A model generated the notes under the pieces. The model was given only the letters and a program-made list of their open reading frames with translations. It searched no databases and was not told where the DNA came from. A stretch of 64,000 nucleotides of DNA from Harriotta raleighana (taxonomy: Eukaryota): contig JBNZDD010013726.1 in NCBI GenBank assembly GCA_050575255.1, positions 10,198,618-10,262,617 on the forward strand, written 5' to 3'. Below are positions 59,534 through 64,000 of this stretch, piece by piece; the stretch's first letter is position 1, and every line of letters begins with the position of its first letter. A program made the translations under genes and the position numbers.

Positions 59534-61759
59534 ACAACAACAACAACAAAATTACATTTGTAGAGCGTCTTTCACATCGGGAGGACGTTCCCAAAGCACT
59601 GAACAATGTGATAAGCTTTTGCGATTGTTTCCGCTTGTCATTTTTTTTGGTGAAAAAATGGGTAAGATGTTAAAAACATTTAGTCATTTTCTCCCTAATC
59701 TAGACTCAAATACTATAATTAAATGACGGGTTTAGAAATCAATAAACAATGTTTAAGCGTTCGATTATAGTTGTGGGCGAGCAGTTGGAGTGATTGTACT
59801 GTACATCAATACTAATAATATTCCTTGCATTTGTTATAGCGTCGTCGAGACGTCTTGAACTGCTTCACAGAATATACCATAAAGCGCGTGTTTAATGAGC
59901 AAAACGCAGCAGCCAATTGCGCACAGCCGTGTCCCACAAACAATCGTGGATTCAAGTGACAACGTTAATTTTTTTGTTGAACCATCAATATTTCAATTTG
60001 TTAAAATATGTAATCTGCTGGGCATTTAGAGCAAGCTGCAGTAAAAACGTTAATGCTACATGACCAGCATTTATTCGTGTCAAATTCACATTGCAGGAAA
60101 TTTTCACAATGTGCACTTTATTATTTTTTAAAAAAATTTGCAACTTTTGTAGCTTTTAAGTTAAGTCCTGTAACTGAGATCAACATCTATTGGCTTCCTG
60201 TTTCTCTGCGAGGGTAAACCACTTTTAAACTTTGTGCTTCAAACTAACTGTTTTCAACGCTTACAAAGTGGTACAGGAAGGATATGGAAGCACCAGTACG
60301 TCTATACGCTGTTCGAGTATTGATGAGTTGTAGCTGATAACAATAACAACTTGCATTTATCCAGGGCCCCTCATGTGGGACAGTGTCCCGGAGCACTTAA
60401 AAAGTCTGTGTAAATGCCAGTGTGGGTAGCCCTAATTATATGCATGGTATTTTCATAGCAACATATTCATGTGGAAATCCCAGCGCAAACAGCTGAAAGC
60501 ATGCAAATGGCATTCAAAAAACAAATCTGAAAGCGACTGATAATCTTCAAAATAGAAAAATCACTTCCAATTTATAGAAATGTAGCATTGACTACATTTT
60601 TCAAAAGGCAGGAGTTTCGCATTCTTTTTTAACAAACAGTATTTTCTCAGTTACACATACCAATTGAGGAATGTTTGAGTAATATTATTCTATTTTATAG
60701 ATTTATTTTGGGAGTTAATTCACTTTCAATTCCACCACAAATATGCAGTATGTAAGAAACATATGCAAAGAGTGTATAGGCTAGAACATGTTTTAATGGT
60801 TGAATGACACATTTCGTAACTGAGCCAATTTATAGATAATTTAGTGATCCCAATGCACTTTAGATTGAAAAAAAGTGTTAAGTCATAAATAATTTACAGG
60901 AATGCAATACACAGATCTCTGGCTTCACCTACTGTTGCACTAATTTGCCACAGAGNTCCACACCACCACAATAACACAATATCAACATGTGTTGCAAATA
61001 TTTTAGGTGGGCAATGTCTAAATGTTCAAAACAGTTAACGTTAACACAGCATTTTTTTTAAGCTTCCTCTTATGGAGTCACAATTGTTGACCATAATTAG
61101 CACACACCATCAAAGGTGGGAAATCAGCTAAATCTGATAAGAGGTTTTTGCCGCTGTTTAATAGTTTAATGTGTGATATGGAGCGAAGCCATCCGGATCA
61201 AGACGGTCCAACGGTCCCAGGTTTGGGTCTCTGTTGAATTTTGAATGATCTGAGATGGGATGACCGAGTACGACAATTGACTTTAACACCCAGAGAGGAA
61301 ACAGATAATCAAAGCTAAGGAAAATAAATCGCTGCGAATGCTTATAAAGGCCTTTATGGAACCAGCATTTGGCAAGCTGCTATTCCTTCATTTGCCAAAC
61401 GCACAAAGCTGGAGGCCACGTGGTATGGAACTCGCCGCAATCAGCATCAAGATCCAGGCCTGAAATCGATGTAATCCCTGCTAATTGGAATGGGAACCAG
61501 CCAGAGGAATGGGGTGGTTTTATCATGCAAAGCAAGCGAAGGGGACCGAAACCAACAAGGCAACCAGCTGGCTTAAAACAACATTTTTGCCAAATTTCTC
61601 GTCTTCTGAAGGCACTGGCTTCTTTGCTGAGAGTGTGCAGAGGAGCCAGCAAGCCTCCGGGGTGTCCTTCGAATGCACCTTCTTTACGTACAAGGGTTGG
61701 CAATGAGTGGCGGGTGGAGGGTGGGAAAAAAACAGTGGGTCAGAGCCTCGCAGTCAATC

Positions 61760-62050
61760 CTCATCCTGCCATCGCTTGATATTCCCACAAATATACAGTT
61801 GGTTTTTCCCGCTCTCCTTCCCCCTACCCCGACCCCTTCCCTTGCCATCTTTCTCCCCTGACCCCACTTCCATGACTGTTTGTGGGACGCTGCTGTGCGT
61901 AATTTGGCTGCAGCGTTTTGCCCACAAATATACAGTCAATTTTCCTGCTTTCCTTCCCCCAACCCCTCCCCCCCCCCTGCTCTAAGCGCTTTGAGACGTT
62001 GTTAAGATGTGGAAAGCGCTATATAAATGTGAGGATTGTTATATTATTAT
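61760..62050 (+). mobile_element. SINE variant with G-rich inserts (opposite orientation to 58515-58895)
   Basis: Its reverse complement shows the same module order. Confidence 0.7.
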
Positions 62051-62679
62051 TCACACATTTTTTTCAGCAACCATAAGTAGGATACTGAGTTCTCTTGCTT
62101 TCCTCTGCCCGGGAGTGCTCAGGTCAATTATACCAAGGACGTTTGCAACGCTGGATAAAATAATTTAACAACATAGATTGAATCTGAAACCTTGCCTGAT
62201 CTAATTCAAAACACTTACAAATATTCCTGTGTTTGGAGCAAACCTCTTGATGAAACAATCACTGTACCCTACCTCAATGTAAGTGTCTATATTTTCAGCC
62301 ACCCATAAGAACGATGCTGAGAAGCACAGCTCTGAGCCACGAAGAACAGAGTAATATGAAGATGGATGAAAATTCTTTTGGTCAGTTCACATTGGAGTAA
62401 AGAGGCAAGGACTTCAGAACAAAAAAGAAACAAATCTGTATCTCGGAGTGAAAATATATAAAAATCAGTGAAATAGAATGATGTTATGTATCATACCCTA
62501 TTATGTCTAATGAATATCACAAGTAGAAATGACTAGAAAAGCTTTACTTTGTGAACTGACTTGCCAGGGTCCTTAATCGTTTTTTGTCCAAAAGTAGAAT
62601 TCTCTCAACTGTTGCATTACAATTCTGTACTTAGCAGATTTATAAGGATCACTCACTGATGAATGATAAAAGTCAAAAA

Positions 62680-62740
62680 CTAACCCTAAAAATCCTAGGG
62701 TTAGTTAATCCCTAAATCCTAACTAATCCTAACCCTAAAA
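62680..62740. repeat. Degenerate telomere-like (TAACCC) patch
   Basis: taaccctaaa, tagggttag and ctaaccctaa units in both orientations. Confidence 0.5.
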
Positions 62741-63365
62741 ATAGTATATATTCCATAAAGAAAATGAAATTGGAAAGGACAACATTATTTTACCAATAAA
62801 TTAAAATCCACAAGAGTAATGAATTATACTTCAATTCAGGCATCTAAATGAGACGATGGCTAACAAATTGACTAAACCACATGGGTTATACAGTTACTGA
62901 TATTTTGTTAAATCAGAACACCATAATTAGCCTAAGAATCTATTCCCAATAGTAATTACAGCGTCTTACATTGTCCAAAGCTCTCCTAGTTCAGCCATCT
63001 GACATTATTGTTGATAAAGCCTGTTACCTTCAAATTGGTAACATTTCCCCATAGGATATTGTAGACCAAAAATGTTTTAAACATCACGCTTGTGCTGCTT
63101 GTGTTTGCTTCCAGATTAACTGTGGTAAACAGGCTCTTATTTGCAGAACTATGTGAAGTGAGGAAATTTGTCGAAGGTCTCATGCCACGAATTGTACCCA
63201 GATCCTCACACTTTCAAGGCAATTGCTCTAACCAGTACGCTACAAGACTCCACAATACATCAGAATCAGCTTTATGGATTATCATATTGTGCTCAAATGT
63301 CTTTAAAAAGAAAGACAAACAATTTAGACAGCAATAAAGGGGAGCAAATTTCCAATACCAGCTAT

Positions 63366-63650
63366 TGGAGGTTTGCAGCTCAGTGGTTAGAGCATTTGTC
63401 TCACAAGCGAGATACTTGGGTTCAATTCCCAGGCAGGGCAAAACATTTCATTACTTCGTATGCCTCAGTTTACCTAGCGGTAAGTAGGAAGCTAGTTGTT
63501 AGTCAATTGGTGGATCACTTTTACAGGAGTAACAATTCCTTTTAAAAAAAAATAATTTGGTCATTCAATTCCACGATTGTTTATGGAACACTGCTGTGCA
63601 CATTTGGCTGTCGTGATTCACGCACAAAATATTGACAATTCATTTTGATG
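63366..63650 (+). mobile_element. SINE, same family
   Basis: Head gcagctcagtggttagagc...gggttcaattcc followed by the core. Confidence 0.8.
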
Positions 63651-63659
63651 TATACTCTG

Positions 63660-64000
63660 GGTGGGTTCAGTGGGCAGTAATTGGAGCAGTGGCATTCATG
63701 CGTCAGGTTATTCATTCTGGGCCAGCATTGGTGTTTCCATGGGGAGCAGCACAGATTAGCATTGATCCTGTCCTCATGTCCGCACAATAGTCACACAGGT
63801 TTGCCTTCCTTTCCAGCAGCAAGGTCACTGGAATCAGAATCCTGTCCGGTTTGGTTCCTTCCCTCGCCCAGGAACACCGAGGCCATTTGTGGCACTCGCG
63901 TTGGTGCTCTCGCTGAAATCAGTCAACTTAACCCAGATCAATGAGCGAATCTTGGCCCTCTCAAGCATGTGTGGCTTGATTCTATCAATGATGGCCAACG
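63660..64000 (-). mobile_element. Old AmnSINE2-like SINE; further fragments at ~61190-61320 (+) and ~62085-62210 (-)
   Basis: Reverse complement contains gggttaagttgactgatttcagc...gtgccacaaatggcctcggtgttcctgggcgaggg...ccagtgaccttgctgctggaaa; family name is from memory and unverified. Confidence 0.45.

Noticed and set aside
61369-61779. 136-aa plus-strand ORF
   Set aside because: No recognisable homology; it runs into a SINE

Overview
Vertebrate genomic DNA, AT-rich and most likely from a cartilaginous fish (the SINE, L2 and palindromic Penelope-like repeats suggest a holocephalan such as elephant shark; this is inference). The only recognisable gene is MKI67 (Ki-67) on the minus strand. It has a probable non-coding exon 1 near 55.5 kb and 15 coding exons from 52543 down to 33631, about 2841 aa if an apparent 1-nt deletion in exon 12 is corrected. 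FHA, PP1-binding (RVSF), CD and degenerate Ki-67 motifs are visible. The protein lacks the mammalian 122-aa repeat array and instead carries a 17-copy 12-aa SPGRKSLAAKTP array and a ~49-aa degenerate repeat. Two cell-cycle-type promoter clusters (CHR/Myb/CCAAT/NRF1/E2F) lie at 55.56-55.87 kb and 56.68-56.81 kb. Two intronic palindromic Penelope-like elements carry intact hammerhead ribozyme cores on the sense strand. Positions 1-33 kb and 57-64 kb are intergenic, with SINEs, LINE fragments (L2, CR1, RTE) and a fossil Gypsy element; Tc1/mariner MITEs lie mostly in MKI67 introns. Several duplications flanking single n bases look like assembly artefacts. All calls were made by eye without database searches, and repeat boundaries are approximate.
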